Source: a virus | Strand: one strand, 5' to 3' | Virus record (IMG/VR): IMGVR_UViG_3300048861_000020 | Coordinates: 1 to 45,969 of that record | Length of the DNA stretch: 45,969 nucleotides | Part shown: in pieces, positions 35,039 through 43,161 of the stretch | How positions within the stretch are numbered: position 1 is the first letter of the stretch | How the letters are laid out: every line of letters starts with the position of its first letter | Translations under genes and position numbers: made by a program | Notes under the pieces: generated by a model | Seen by the model: the letters and a program-made list of their open reading frames with translations, nothing else | What the model was told of the DNA's origin: nothing | Databases searched by the model: none

Positions 35039-35059
35039 CATTTCTGGGCGCTAACGACC

Positions 35060-36274
35060 ATGGCAAACGCCGGCAAGCAGCTAAAGGACTTTGACGCGGC
35101 GGGGATCGTGTCAGACTCTGACCTTTTCTTCGTGGCGCAAGGCGGCGCAGAGAAGCGAATGACCGCCGCGCAGGTGAAGGCGTACTGCGGCGTCGGGGGC
35201 GGGGGCGCAACCGGAACGGGCATCGCGTCTTCGGCCATCGCCTATCAGGTTTCAGCATCGGGAACGGTCATTCCGTCGGGCACATGGCTCAGCTCGGTGC
35301 CTTCGGTGCCGAAAGGGCAGTTCCTGTGGAGTCGCACGACGTTCACGCTTACCGACGCCAGCACTGTGGTTGCCTACAGCGTGGCGTATCAGGGCATCGA
35401 CGGGGTCGGTACTGCTGGCGTAGGCGTTGCATCGTCATCGACCGTCTATCAGACGTCGACGTCCGGCACGGTTGCTCCGACGGGCACGTGGACCGGCTCC
35501 GTTCCCGCAGTCAGCAAGGGGCAGTTCCTCTGGACGAGGGTTGTCCTCACGATGACCGACTCGTCGACGGTGACGTCCTACTCGGTTGCATATCAAGGGA
35601 TGGACGGCACGCCCGGCGTCGGCGTCGCCTCAGCCGCTGTCACCTACCAGACGTCGGCGTCCGGAACTACGGTTCCGACTGGCACGTGGTCCGGCTCGGT
35701 TCCGGCCGTCACGCAGGGCCAGTATCTCTGGACGCGCACGGTCACGACCTATACGGACGCAAGCACGTCGACGGCTTACTCGGTGGCGTATCAGGGGGCG
35801 GACGCCACGTCGAGCAACGTCTGGTTCAAGCAAAGCGGCATCTCGGTGACGCACAACGCGAGTGAAGGTCTCTCGACCACGTTCAGCCTGCTTTCACAGG
35901 TAATCCCAGGCGGCACGATGGGACCGCAGGGCTTCATGGAATTCCTGCCCGCGTTGTCGATGACCGATACCTCGAACGCGAAGACCATCACGATCGCTAT
36001 CGGCGGCGTCACCCTGTGGATTTACTCGAATGGCGCTGGCTCGACAAGTTTCGATACCTACATCCAGCTCCAGAACGCGAATTCGCAAACGGCCAACATG
36101 GTCCGGGCAAGCAACAACAACGCGCCGTTCCAGACCGGAATCATCGCCATGCAGCAGACGGCGATTGACTTCACCCAAGACCAGACACTGACGATCACTT
36201 GCAGTTTTTCGGCGGGCTCGACCGCCAATACGGTGACCCTGAATCGCTGGCATCTGCGCATCTGGAATCAGTAA
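35060..36274 (+). CDS. second tail fibre / receptor-binding protein with three tandem 66-68-aa repeats
   Basis: N-terminus MANAGKQLKDFDAAGIVSDSDLFFVAQGG. Repeat units G(I/V)AS..(V/A)YQ.S.SGT..P.GTW..SVP....GQ(F/Y)LW.R......D.ST...YSVAYQG. Confidence 0.8.
   Translation: MANAGKQLKDFDAAGIVSDSDLFFVAQGGAEKRMTAAQVKAYCGVGGGGATGTGIASSAIAYQVSASGTVIPSGTWLSSVPSVPKGQFLWSRTTFTLTDASTVVAYSVAYQGIDGVGTAGVGVASSSTVYQTSTSGTVAPTGTWTGSVPAVSKGQFLWTRVVLTMTDSSTVTSYSVAYQGMDGTPGVGVASAAVTYQTSASGTTVPTGTWSGSVPAVTQGQYLWTRTVTTYTDASTSTAYSVAYQGADATSSNVWFKQSGISVTHNASEGLSTTFSLLSQVIPGGTMGPQGFMEFLPALSMTDTSNAKTITIAIGGVTLWIYSNGAGSTSFDTYIQLQNANSQTANMVRASNNNAPFQTGIIAMQQTAIDFTQDQTLTITCSFSAGSTANTVTLNRWHLRIWNQ
35219..35809 (+). repeat. 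three in-frame tandem repeats of about 198-204 bp
   Basis: Repeat starts at aa 54, 122 and 188 of the fibre protein. Confidence 0.85.
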
Positions 36275-36276
36275 TC

Positions 36277-37614
36277 ATGGGGAAGATATTCACTAAAACG
36301 GCATACCCGCTTCTCCTGCCGGCGCATCCCTCTGGCACTGTCGCATCTACGCCTAGGCAGCGCATCGTCGACGCGAGCGGGAATGGTTGGTACATGACGC
36401 CCGATGGGCACGTCGTAAAGAACGGGGTCAATGCCTCGACCGGCAGCCCGAATCCATTTTCGATGCTTCTGTGGTTTAACGGTCAGATCTACGGCCAGAA
36501 TTCGGCGGGCACTTGGTATCAGCAAACTAGCAGCCCGCCGTGGACGGCGCTAAGCGGTGATCCTCGGACGGCAAAAATTATGCCGTTCTGGGGCGTCAAC
36601 GGGCACTTGACCTGGGGGCAGCCCGCTTATACGTCGTCCAACTGGGCGAACAACGCGGCAGCGATCCGCGATCTCGGGACGATGACGTACCGCAACGGGT
36701 ACAGCGCGAACTACAACTCGTCGACTGGCGCGGTCACGTCGAGCGATGGCAACACGTTCCTGTCGTTCATGAACGCCTATCCCGACATCACGCTCGTGCC
36801 GGTACTGCTGCCGCAGTGGGGCACATCGTATGACGGTGTCACGACCGGCACGGAAGCGACCGCGTACACGATGGGCTTCAACCTCGGCGTCGACGCGGCG
36901 ACAAAGCTCGGCGGCAAGGTGCCGTACTTCGAATGCGGCAACGAGTACGAAAACGGCTACGTCAGCAATTCGGGGAACTCGAAGACCGACTATAACAACG
37001 CGGCGTTCTTACGCGCGCGCGGCTCCGTGCGCGGCCTGATCGCAGGCATCAAGTCGGTCAATGCGAACTACAAGATCGGCAGTCCTGCTATCTCGTGGGT
37101 TCACTTCGGCTTTCTGGACATGCTGGCCGACGGCTCGACGCCTGCCGCTCCGACGACCTACGACTCCTCCAAGATCGTCACGTGGGACTACACGAACCTG
37201 CACGTCTACACGCAGAACAGCACCGGCGCGGACGACTATGAAGCCCTTCAAGGTCAGCCGATCACCAACGGAATCACGCGGGGTTGTGGTTACGGCAAGC
37301 CGATCGTCATCTCCGAGTATGGCGTCAATACGTACAAGTCGGATGGGAACGGCGGCTGGATAGCACTCTACGCGAACGAGGCGGCGATTCAGGCGGCGCT
37401 GGTTTCCAGCAATTACCTGTGCGACAAGTGGTACGCAATCCGCAATAACTACTCGCAGCCAATCATCGGCGCGATGCTCTACCAGCTCGCCGACGCCGCA
37501 TCGGACGGATCGAACACGAACGAAACGAACTTCGGTTTGCTGACGACGGATTCGGTCACGAAGAAGGGCCGCTACACGTCCGTGAAGAACTTCATCGCTG
37601 CGCACCCGGTCTGA
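36277..37614 (+). CDS. putative glycoside hydrolase (clan GH-A-like TIM barrel); candidate polysaccharide depolymerase
   Basis: FECGNEYEN (acid/base-like N-E) and VISEYGV (nucleophile-like E) in the expected order and spacing. ATG 36277 lies 2 nt after the fibre stop. Confidence 0.6.
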   Translation: MGKIFTKTAYPLLLPAHPSGTVASTPRQRIVDASGNGWYMTPDGHVVKNGVNASTGSPNPFSMLLWFNGQIYGQNSAGTWYQQTSSPPWTALSGDPRTAKIMPFWGVNGHLTWGQPAYTSSNWANNAAAIRDLGTMTYRNGYSANYNSSTGAVTSSDGNTFLSFMNAYPDITLVPVLLPQWGTSYDGVTTGTEATAYTMGFNLGVDAATKLGGKVPYFECGNEYENGYVSNSGNSKTDYNNAAFLRARGSVRGLIAGIKSVNANYKIGSPAISWVHFGFLDMLADGSTPAAPTTYDSSKIVTWDYTNLHVYTQNSTGADDYEALQGQPITNGITRGCGYGKPIVISEYGVNTYKSDGNGGWIALYANEAAIQAALVSSNYLCDKWYAIRNNYSQPIIGAMLYQLADAASDGSNTNETNFGLLTTDSVTKKGRYTSVKNFIAAHPV

Positions 37615-37829
37615 TGGCGTCTATAACCGCGCTGTATGTCTTTGATTCTATTAGTGCAGCGTTGTGCATTTAAGGGCGCTTTTCTGTGACTCAAAAACGG
37701 CGTAAGTGTTTGCCGCAAAAAGAAAAAATCAGAAAAGCCCTTATTACACGCCATGTAATTGTAATCCCCCGCTCAGCCTTGGCTGGCGGGGCTCCGTCTA
37801 GAATCGTCTATTTCGCGTCTATAACGCGC
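37615..37829. other. probable attP region
   Basis: Noncoding and AT-richer, adjacent to int. CGTCTA repeats at 37618, 37795, 37805 and 37816. Palindrome ATTACA-CGCCA-TGTAAT plus a tandem TGTAAT (37743-37765). A-tracts at 37711-37738. GC hairpin at 37767-37791. Confidence 0.5.
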
Positions 37830-38954
37830 TCAGATCGCGACTTTCACTTCCGTCCACTCCGCGCCCCGCACGTCCCGGTAGAGAGACGTCATCATTGACG
37901 ACTTGTGACCGAGCAAAGCCTGCGCAAAATCTGCATCGTACTGCTCGCTGTACAGCCGAGCCGCCAGGCTTCGGATCTCATGGAACGAAGCCGGCGTGCG
38001 CCCCGCGTCCCACTTCAAACCCGGTGTCGCATCACGGGCCTCCTGAAATCCGCGCGTGATTTTGTCGGCGCTCACGCGCTGGCCCGCTTTCCGGCCGCCT
38101 CGCGGCGTCGTGTAATGGATCATGTAGGCTGAGACGGCAGCATCGCGGCACCTCTTCACGACGTCATCTAGTGACATGTCGAGCGCTTCGAGGCGCAGCG
38201 TCGTCGGAATCCGCAGCTTCATCCGGCCACGGCTCTTCGTCTGCACCACTGACAGGAAGCCGTCCCGAGCCTCGGTGAACTGCATCTTCGATATATCCTC
38301 GCGCCGCTGGGCGGTGATAACGGCCAGCTCCATGCTGCGCGCAAGCCATCCGTCCATGTCGAGCGCCGTCTTGTGGATCGCGAGGAAGTTCTCGAGCGTG
38401 AGGCGCGAACGCGTGACCTCAATATCGGGCTTGCGCGTCACCGATACCGCGTTCGACCCCTGATCAATCAATCCTCTCGTCTCCGCTTCCCGCATCATGT
38501 CGTGAAGCGTCTTTCGCATGAGAGCGGCCATTGATGCGCCGCGCTCTTCAGTCGCCTTGCCAATGAATTCGGCTATCTCGCGCGTCTGGATCTTGCGCAA
38601 GTGCTTATCGACGAAAGGCGCTGTGCACACGGCGCGCAGGCCGGCGCGGACGGTCTTCATCGTGCTCGCCGTCGGTTTCCTCGTCTCCTCGTAGATCGCC
38701 TCGTATTCGACGGACCATTCCTGAAGCGTCTTGTCGTCCGGTGCCGTCATGCGCTGCACGACCGACCGGTATCCACGGCTCTGCTCCAGTTCGGCGTTGG
38801 CGGCCCGCGCCTCGCCGAACGCTTTCGCCTGGTCGCGCCCGATTCCGAAATCCTGCTTCGTGACGGGATTGCGCCAGTAGAAATAGCCCGCACTGTTCTG
38901 GTATAGATTGGCCGGCCAGTGCCGACGCTTCGCTTCACGACGTCTTGCGGCCAT
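37830..38954 (-). CDS. int: tyrosine integrase, lambda Int-like
   Basis: ATG at 38954 follows GAGGAG. N-terminal WPANLYQNSAGYFYWRNPVTKQDFGIGRD resembles the lambda Int arm-binding domain. Catalytic AVITAQRREDI, FHEIRSLAA, LLGHKS, SLYRD. Confidence 0.9.
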   Translation of the reverse strand: MAARRREAKRRHWPANLYQNSAGYFYWRNPVTKQDFGIGRDQAKAFGEARAANAELEQSRGYRSVVQRMTAPDDKTLQEWSVEYEAIYEETRKPTASTMKTVRAGLRAVCTAPFVDKHLRKIQTREIAEFIGKATEERGASMAALMRKTLHDMMREAETRGLIDQGSNAVSVTRKPDIEVTRSRLTLENFLAIHKTALDMDGWLARSMELAVITAQRREDISKMQFTEARDGFLSVVQTKSRGRMKLRIPTTLRLEALDMSLDDVVKRCRDAAVSAYMIHYTTPRGGRKAGQRVSADKITRGFQEARDATPGLKWDAGRTPASFHEIRSLAARLYSEQYDADFAQALLGHKSSMMTSLYRDVRGAEWTEVKVAI

Positions 38955-39156
38955 GCCCGAATCTCCTCTGCATCTCGCCGTCGTCATCGAAATAGACGGC
39001 CGTCGGCTCGACGAAATACTTGGCTCCGCACTTGATCGGATGCGGGACGATGCGGCCATTCTTACGCCAGTTTCGAAGGGTGTTTCTGTGCGGCTTCTCG
39101 CTTCCGAAGAGCATTTCTGCCCAGCGTTCTAAAGAGACGAGTCTTGCCATCGTCAA
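38935..39156 (-). CDS. xis: excisionase
   Basis: 73 aa overlapping the int start. SLERWAEMLFG...TLRNWRKNGRIVPHPIKCGAKYFV resembles lambda-type Xis. Confidence 0.75.
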   Translation of the reverse strand: MTMARLVSLERWAEMLFGSEKPHRNTLRNWRKNGRIVPHPIKCGAKYFVEPTAVYFDDDGEMQRRFGHGRKTS

Positions 39157-39207
39157 CCTCGATCAGATAGTTGCGCGTTACGCGCATGAATTCTTCGATT
39201 GCCTGAT

Positions 39208-39297
39208 TCATTCTTTCCAGTTGTTCCCGCACACCATGCAGAGCCACCATCCGCCTTCGTGCTCCTCGAGCATCATGCTTCCGCAGCGGCTACACAT
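39208..39297 (-). CDS. 29-aa zinc-ribbon mini-protein
   Basis: AGGAG upstream. Sequence MCSRCGSMMLEEHEGGWWLCMVCGNNWKE (CxxC...CxxC). Too short for the ORF track. Confidence 0.4.
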   Translation of the reverse strand: MCSRCGSMMLEEHEGGWWLCMVCGNNWKE

Positions 39298-39518
39298 GGC
39301 TTGCTCCTAACTTCGTTGATGAACGCCTGCGCTGTTTCGCGGGTCTTGAATCGCTTGAGTCCGCGCCGAGTCGTGTAGATCGCGAGCCAAACCTTGAACT
39401 CGGGGTGGCGCGTTTCTACGGAATACACAGGCTTGAGCGTCTTCATGTCCAGCCATCCTCTGACGCGCATCGGCCACGTTGGATTGAGCGTCTTCGAATC
39501 GATGCCCGGTATCTTCAC
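39273..39518 (-). CDS. hypothetical protein (81 aa from GTG 39518)
   Basis: GAGGAG lies 8 nt upstream of the GTG. GTGA overlap with the upstream stop. Confidence 0.5.
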   Translation of the reverse strand: MKIPGIDSKTLNPTWPMRVRGWLDMKTLKPVYSVETRHPEFKVWLAIYTTRRGLKRFKTRETAQAFINEVRSKPCVAAAEA

Positions 39519-39829
39519 GATGTGGGCTCCTCTTTGCTCGCCACGCTCGACGCGTCGGTGTAATGTCCGGGGCATCCGCCCCCGGCATAGTCGAAGCCTG
39601 TGCAACCGTTCTCGGCGTGCTGGCATGGGTTGCCGCACTCTGCCGAGCAGGGAATGACGTTTCGGCCTTTCGCTTTCTCAAGTGCGAGATAGGTTCGGGC
39701 CTCTGCCGGCCCCATAGTCCGGCCGTCGTCGTGCTGGAACACGCCTCGATAGTCGCGCGGGTAACGGTTGTTCCGGACGAAGCCGTCGATGTTCATGCTC
39801 ATGCTGAATCTGCGCATGCGTGTGGTCAT
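39515..39829 (-). CDS. hypothetical Cys-rich protein (104 aa)
   Basis: ATGA coupling. IPCSAECGNPCQHAENGCTGFDYAGGGCPGHY. Confidence 0.6.
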   Translation of the reverse strand: MTTRMRRFSMSMNIDGFVRNNRYPRDYRGVFQHDDGRTMGPAEARTYLALEKAKGRNVIPCSAECGNPCQHAENGCTGFDYAGGGCPGHYTDASSVASKEEPTS

Positions 39830-40245
39830 GGCTGCTTGTCCTCGCCGCTCTGCGCATCTTGCATTAGGGCGCGGATGGCGGTTGCACACTCGCCTGCGCC
39901 GTCCGATTGGCCGCCCACGTGCTGGTTTCCTCTCAATGGGCTGTCAGCGTCCGCGTGCTTGAACATCGACCAATACTCTTTCTCGATCTCATCGCACCTC
40001 TGCGCCGCCCGCTCCAACGCAGCGCGCTCGGCTTCTTTCCGAGCCAAATTCACGGCTTCGTCAATCAACCGGTGCAAGTCGCTGCTGTCAAGTAACGCGC
40101 GTCGGCCGCCTTTCCACCCGGACATAAAAGCAGCGTCCACTGCGTTCGGCTTGCTAGTGTGATTGATCCAGTCTGCAAACTCAGATGTTGCGGTCGGCAT
40201 CTGTGTGTAGATCAATTCGGTTGCTACTTCCGTTGGGATTTTCAT
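39826..40245 (-). CDS. hypothetical protein (139 aa)
   Basis: ORF track. ATGA-coupled. Confidence 0.65.
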   Translation of the reverse strand: MKIPTEVATELIYTQMPTATSEFADWINHTSKPNAVDAAFMSGWKGGRRALLDSSDLHRLIDEAVNLARKEAERAALERAAQRCDEIEKEYWSMFKHADADSPLRGNQHVGGQSDGAGECATAIRALMQDAQSGEDKQP

Positions 40246-41315
40246 TGCTTCTCCTTATCGGCTTGCATAGCTGCGTCGCGTGTCATATCGGTGATCGCTT
40301 GCGAGCAATCCCACGGGCGGTAATCGCCGGGCAAGCCTTCGACGACGGCCGCGACTTCGTGAAGGATCGCAATGCGCGATGCATCGCTTGCATCATCCGG
40401 CGTGGGGTGGGCGGGAGGTTCGAGGTACACAATGCGTTTGCATTCCGCGTCAATGTGTTCGTACTGGGCCTTGGTTACGTCACCCCAAGCCTCGTCGATC
40501 ATTTGAATCTGATAGATCGGCTTCCTCTCCGCCAATACGCGGGATTCGTAAAACGCCAGAGCGTAGTCGCGCATGTTATCCATCGTGTAAAGCTTGTCAC
40601 CGCGCTTGACGCCGACTTGTGCGAGCATGCTGTCGTTGTCCATTACTTCTTCGACCTTGCAAAACGCGACGGGCGGCTTATCCAATACGCGGGATTCGAG
40701 GGCGGCTTGCCATGCCGCATATTGAGCATCAAGTGGAGCGTCTTGCTCTGCAGACTGGGCGAGAGGGGCGAACTGCGCGGCCAGCAGCCCAAGACCGCCG
40801 ATGAACGAGCGCACCGTGTAGAAGTCCGTCTCACGGTCGGAATTGCGTTCCAGCGACGCGAGCAATGCTCCGATCAGTTCATCGCGCTTCGCGTCAGGGA
40901 TGAACGACAGGAAAGGCTCCGTCGCGTTGTCCGGGTCGTGGCGCTCATACGACTTCACCGCCTCTTGCTTGTCGCTCGGAGTGGCGAGAGGTGAGGCACG
41001 CACGCCGCTATCGATGTCGCACTCGCCTTCGGGGCATACAACGCCGTCATGTTTAGCGGCATAGCAAATGTCGAAATGCCCGGTTCGGCAGCTTTTGCCC
41101 TTCAGCCCGGCGGTGATCGGATTGGGCGCGGATGGGGCGAGGGCAGGGCGGCGGTTCCAGCCTTCGATAGCGGCATCCCTGCTCGGATATGAGCCGGTGT
41201 TCGTTCCGCATTGCCGACACGTGTGATAGTGCCCATATGGAGCAATCTGCGCATCATCGAAGTGGTAGTCGGCAGAGCCACCGCAGAACGGGCACGGCTT
41301 CAGTTCTTGTGTCAT
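40242..41315 (-). CDS. Lar-like (restriction alleviation) zinc-ribbon domain fused to a roughly 290-aa uncharacterised region
   Basis: MTQELKPCPFCGGSADYHFDD...HTCRQCGTNTGSYPSRDAAIEGWNRR matches the Lar-family pattern. ATG 41315 follows GAGAGAGAA. An alternative ATG at 41348 overlaps the upstream stop. Confidence 0.7.
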   Translation of the reverse strand: MTQELKPCPFCGGSADYHFDDAQIAPYGHYHTCRQCGTNTGSYPSRDAAIEGWNRRPALAPSAPNPITAGLKGKSCRTGHFDICYAAKHDGVVCPEGECDIDSGVRASPLATPSDKQEAVKSYERHDPDNATEPFLSFIPDAKRDELIGALLASLERNSDRETDFYTVRSFIGGLGLLAAQFAPLAQSAEQDAPLDAQYAAWQAALESRVLDKPPVAFCKVEEVMDNDSMLAQVGVKRGDKLYTMDNMRDYALAFYESRVLAERKPIYQIQMIDEAWGDVTKAQYEHIDAECKRIVYLEPPAHPTPDDASDASRIAILHEVAAVVEGLPGDYRPWDCSQAITDMTRDAAMQADKEKQ

Positions 41316-41344
41316 TTCTCTCTCGCAATAGGTGTTTCGCCAAT
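41311..41344 (-). repeat. 34-bp leader repeat, copy 1 (32/34 identical to 42093-42126)
   Basis: Minus strand reads ATTGGCGAAACACCTATTGCGAGAGAGAAATGAC, which includes the SD and start codon. Confidence 0.9.
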
Positions 41345-41347
41345 CCA

Positions 41348-42097
41348 TCAGACGGTCAACAAATCGACTTGCCGCGATCGTTCGTCGAGCAGGCCGACGT
41401 AGTCAGGGTTCAGCTCGCATCCGACGAACTGGCGCCCGAGCTGGCGTGCGGCGATTCCCGTCGATCCGCTACCAATGAATGGGTCGATCACGATCCCGCC
41501 GGGCGGCACGGAATTGGAGATCAGCGGCGCAAGGATCCCGAGCGGCTTCTGCGTAGGATGCAACGCACGGCCATGCTCGTTGGCGACGTCGATCACGCTG
41601 CGCTGCAGCTTCGGGCCGCCGTCTTCGCTGACGTAGCTGCTGTATTTATCGATTCTTCCGGTATGCGTCGGGCGGGTCTTGCGACGAACGGTCTTCGCGG
41701 TCGCATCGTTTGTGTACTGGGGCTCCTTGAATACATCGGCCCATGCACCTCGGTAGAACTGCACGGCGTGCTCATGAACACGCCGAAATCGATCGTTCAT
41801 GAAGCCGGTTCCGTTCTGCTTTTCCCACACGATGTCCTGCGCGTACTTGAAGCCGAACGCGGCCATGTCGTCGAAGATGTCGGCGATGAATCGCATGCTG
41901 CCAAACACCCAGATCGATGCGGCGGGCTTCAAAACACGCGCGACCGGCGCAATCCAGCCGTCAGTGCGTCGATCCCAGTCCAAACTAGTGTCACCGTAGG
42001 GCGGATCGGTGATGCAGGCGTCTGCAAATGCTTCAGGCCATGACGCCATGATCTGTCGGCAATCTCCTGCGTGTACCTTGTTGAGCCAGTCAGTCAT
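41348..42097 (-). CDS. DNA methyltransferase, N6-adenine/N4-cytosine (beta class)
   Basis: ITDPPYG near the N-terminus. HPTQKPLGILAPLI...IDPFIGSGSTGIAA near the C-terminus. Confidence 0.9.
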   Translation of the reverse strand: MTDWLNKVHAGDCRQIMASWPEAFADACITDPPYGDTSLDWDRRTDGWIAPVARVLKPAASIWVFGSMRFIADIFDDMAAFGFKYAQDIVWEKQNGTGFMNDRFRRVHEHAVQFYRGAWADVFKEPQYTNDATAKTVRRKTRPTHTGRIDKYSSYVSEDGGPKLQRSVIDVANEHGRALHPTQKPLGILAPLISNSVPPGGIVIDPFIGSGSTGIAARQLGRQFVGCELNPDYVGLLDERSRQVDLLTV

Positions 42098-42126
42098 TTC
42101 TCTCTCGCAATAGGTGGTTCGGCAAT
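42093..42126 (-). repeat. 34-bp leader repeat, copy 2
   Basis: Minus strand reads ATTGCCGAACCACCTATTGCGAGAGAGAAATGAC. Confidence 0.9.
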
Positions 42127-42129
42127 GGG

Positions 42130-43161
42130 TCAGGCGTCATCGGCCGAGTAGGGTGAATGCTGCCGCAGCCACTCGCGGTACCTGGCCGTTTCCAAGGGCT
42201 CTAATGCGGTGTGCCCGATGGGCCATCCCATCAACCACTCGACCCATTCCGGGTTCAGCTGGCCACCGTCCGAAGCCATAACTGCGTGGTCGATTCGGTC
42301 GTTCGCTCGGCTCTTCCCGGTCTTGCGCGTAAGTGCCGCGGGCGACGATCCTTTGCTCGCGCTCGCGCACGGCGTCGGCCACATATTCTTGCGGGCCATC
42401 ATTGCCAACGTCGGCCGCTCCGCAGCTCCGGCGCTCGGACTCTTGTTGATCCGACCGCTCCCGGCGTCGATTGCGCATGGTGTCGGAAACATCCGCGACG
42501 ACACGGCCTCGATCAGCGTCCCACCCTCGCGTCCCTTGCGCGGCGTGATACGTCCGCCCTTGTCCGCAAGGCTCGCTGTCGGCGTAGGCCAGAGCTTCAC
42601 TTCCGCGCTCAGCTTTGGCTCGCCGCGGCTGTTCCACTTGCCAGCCGCTCGCTCGATCGCATCGTCCGCGACGGGCGTTTGCCAGAATCCAGATCCGTTC
42701 TCTGAGATGGGGAGCGCCGGTATCTGCCGCAGAAACGACTCCCCATTCCGCATCGAACCCCATCTCGGCCAAGTCTCCGAGAACTCGTCCGAGTCCCCGA
42801 GAAGTGAGCATTGGGCTGTTTTCCACTTCGACTCGGACGGGCTGTACCTCGCGAATGATCCGAGCCATATGGGACCAAAGGCCGCTTCGCTCGCCGTCGA
42901 TTCCTTCGCCGGCGCCGGCTGCGCTGATGTCTTGGCACGGAAATCCGCCAGCAACGACGTCAACAATCTCTCGCCATGGTCTTCCGTCAAAGGTGCACAC
43001 GTCATCCCAAATCGCGAAAGGGGGAAACGTTCCGTCGTTTTGTCGTGCCACAAGCACGGCTTGGGCGTAGGGTTCGCGCTCGACGGCGCAGACGCATCGG
43101 TTTCCCCGAAGCTGACCGGCGAGAATGCCTCCACCAGCGCCCGCGAAAAGATGAAGCTCAT
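42130..43161 (-). CDS. fully overlapping +1-frame ORF (343 aa) carrying WPTP-type repeats and a motif-IX-like segment; coding status unresolved
   Basis: No stop for 343 codons. ATG lies 8 nt after the same GGAGG. FWQTPVAD, LWPTPTAS, MFPTPCAI, MWPTPCAS and LNPEWVEWLMGWPIGHT. Higher third-position G+C than frame A by hand count. Confidence 0.35.
   Translation of the reverse strand: MSFIFSRALVEAFSPVSFGETDASAPSSANPTPKPCLWHDKTTERFPLSRFGMTCAPLTEDHGERLLTSLLADFRAKTSAQPAPAKESTASEAAFGPIWLGSFARYSPSESKWKTAQCSLLGDSDEFSETWPRWGSMRNGESFLRQIPALPISENGSGFWQTPVADDAIERAAGKWNSRGEPKLSAEVKLWPTPTASLADKGGRITPRKGREGGTLIEAVSSRMFPTPCAIDAGSGRINKSPSAGAAERPTLAMMARKNMWPTPCASASKGSSPAALTRKTGKSRANDRIDHAVMASDGGQLNPEWVEWLMGWPIGHTALEPLETARYREWLRQHSPYSADDA

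Noticed and set aside
35219-35809. Tandem repeats considered as a diversity-generating (DGR) target or a CRISPR-like array
   Set aside because: No reverse transcriptase or template repeat is present anywhere in the window. The units are about 200 bp, contiguous and in frame, so they are protein-domain repeats.
37766-37791. GC-rich hairpin next to int, considered as a tRNA fragment or an intrinsic terminator
   Set aside because: There is no T-loop or acceptor-like sequence, and no U-run on either strand. It is kept only as part of the attP description.
39062-39250. 62-aa minus-strand ORF overlapping xis
   Set aside because: It lies in a different frame over the excisionase gene. The xis frame has the recognisable motif and proper coupling to int.
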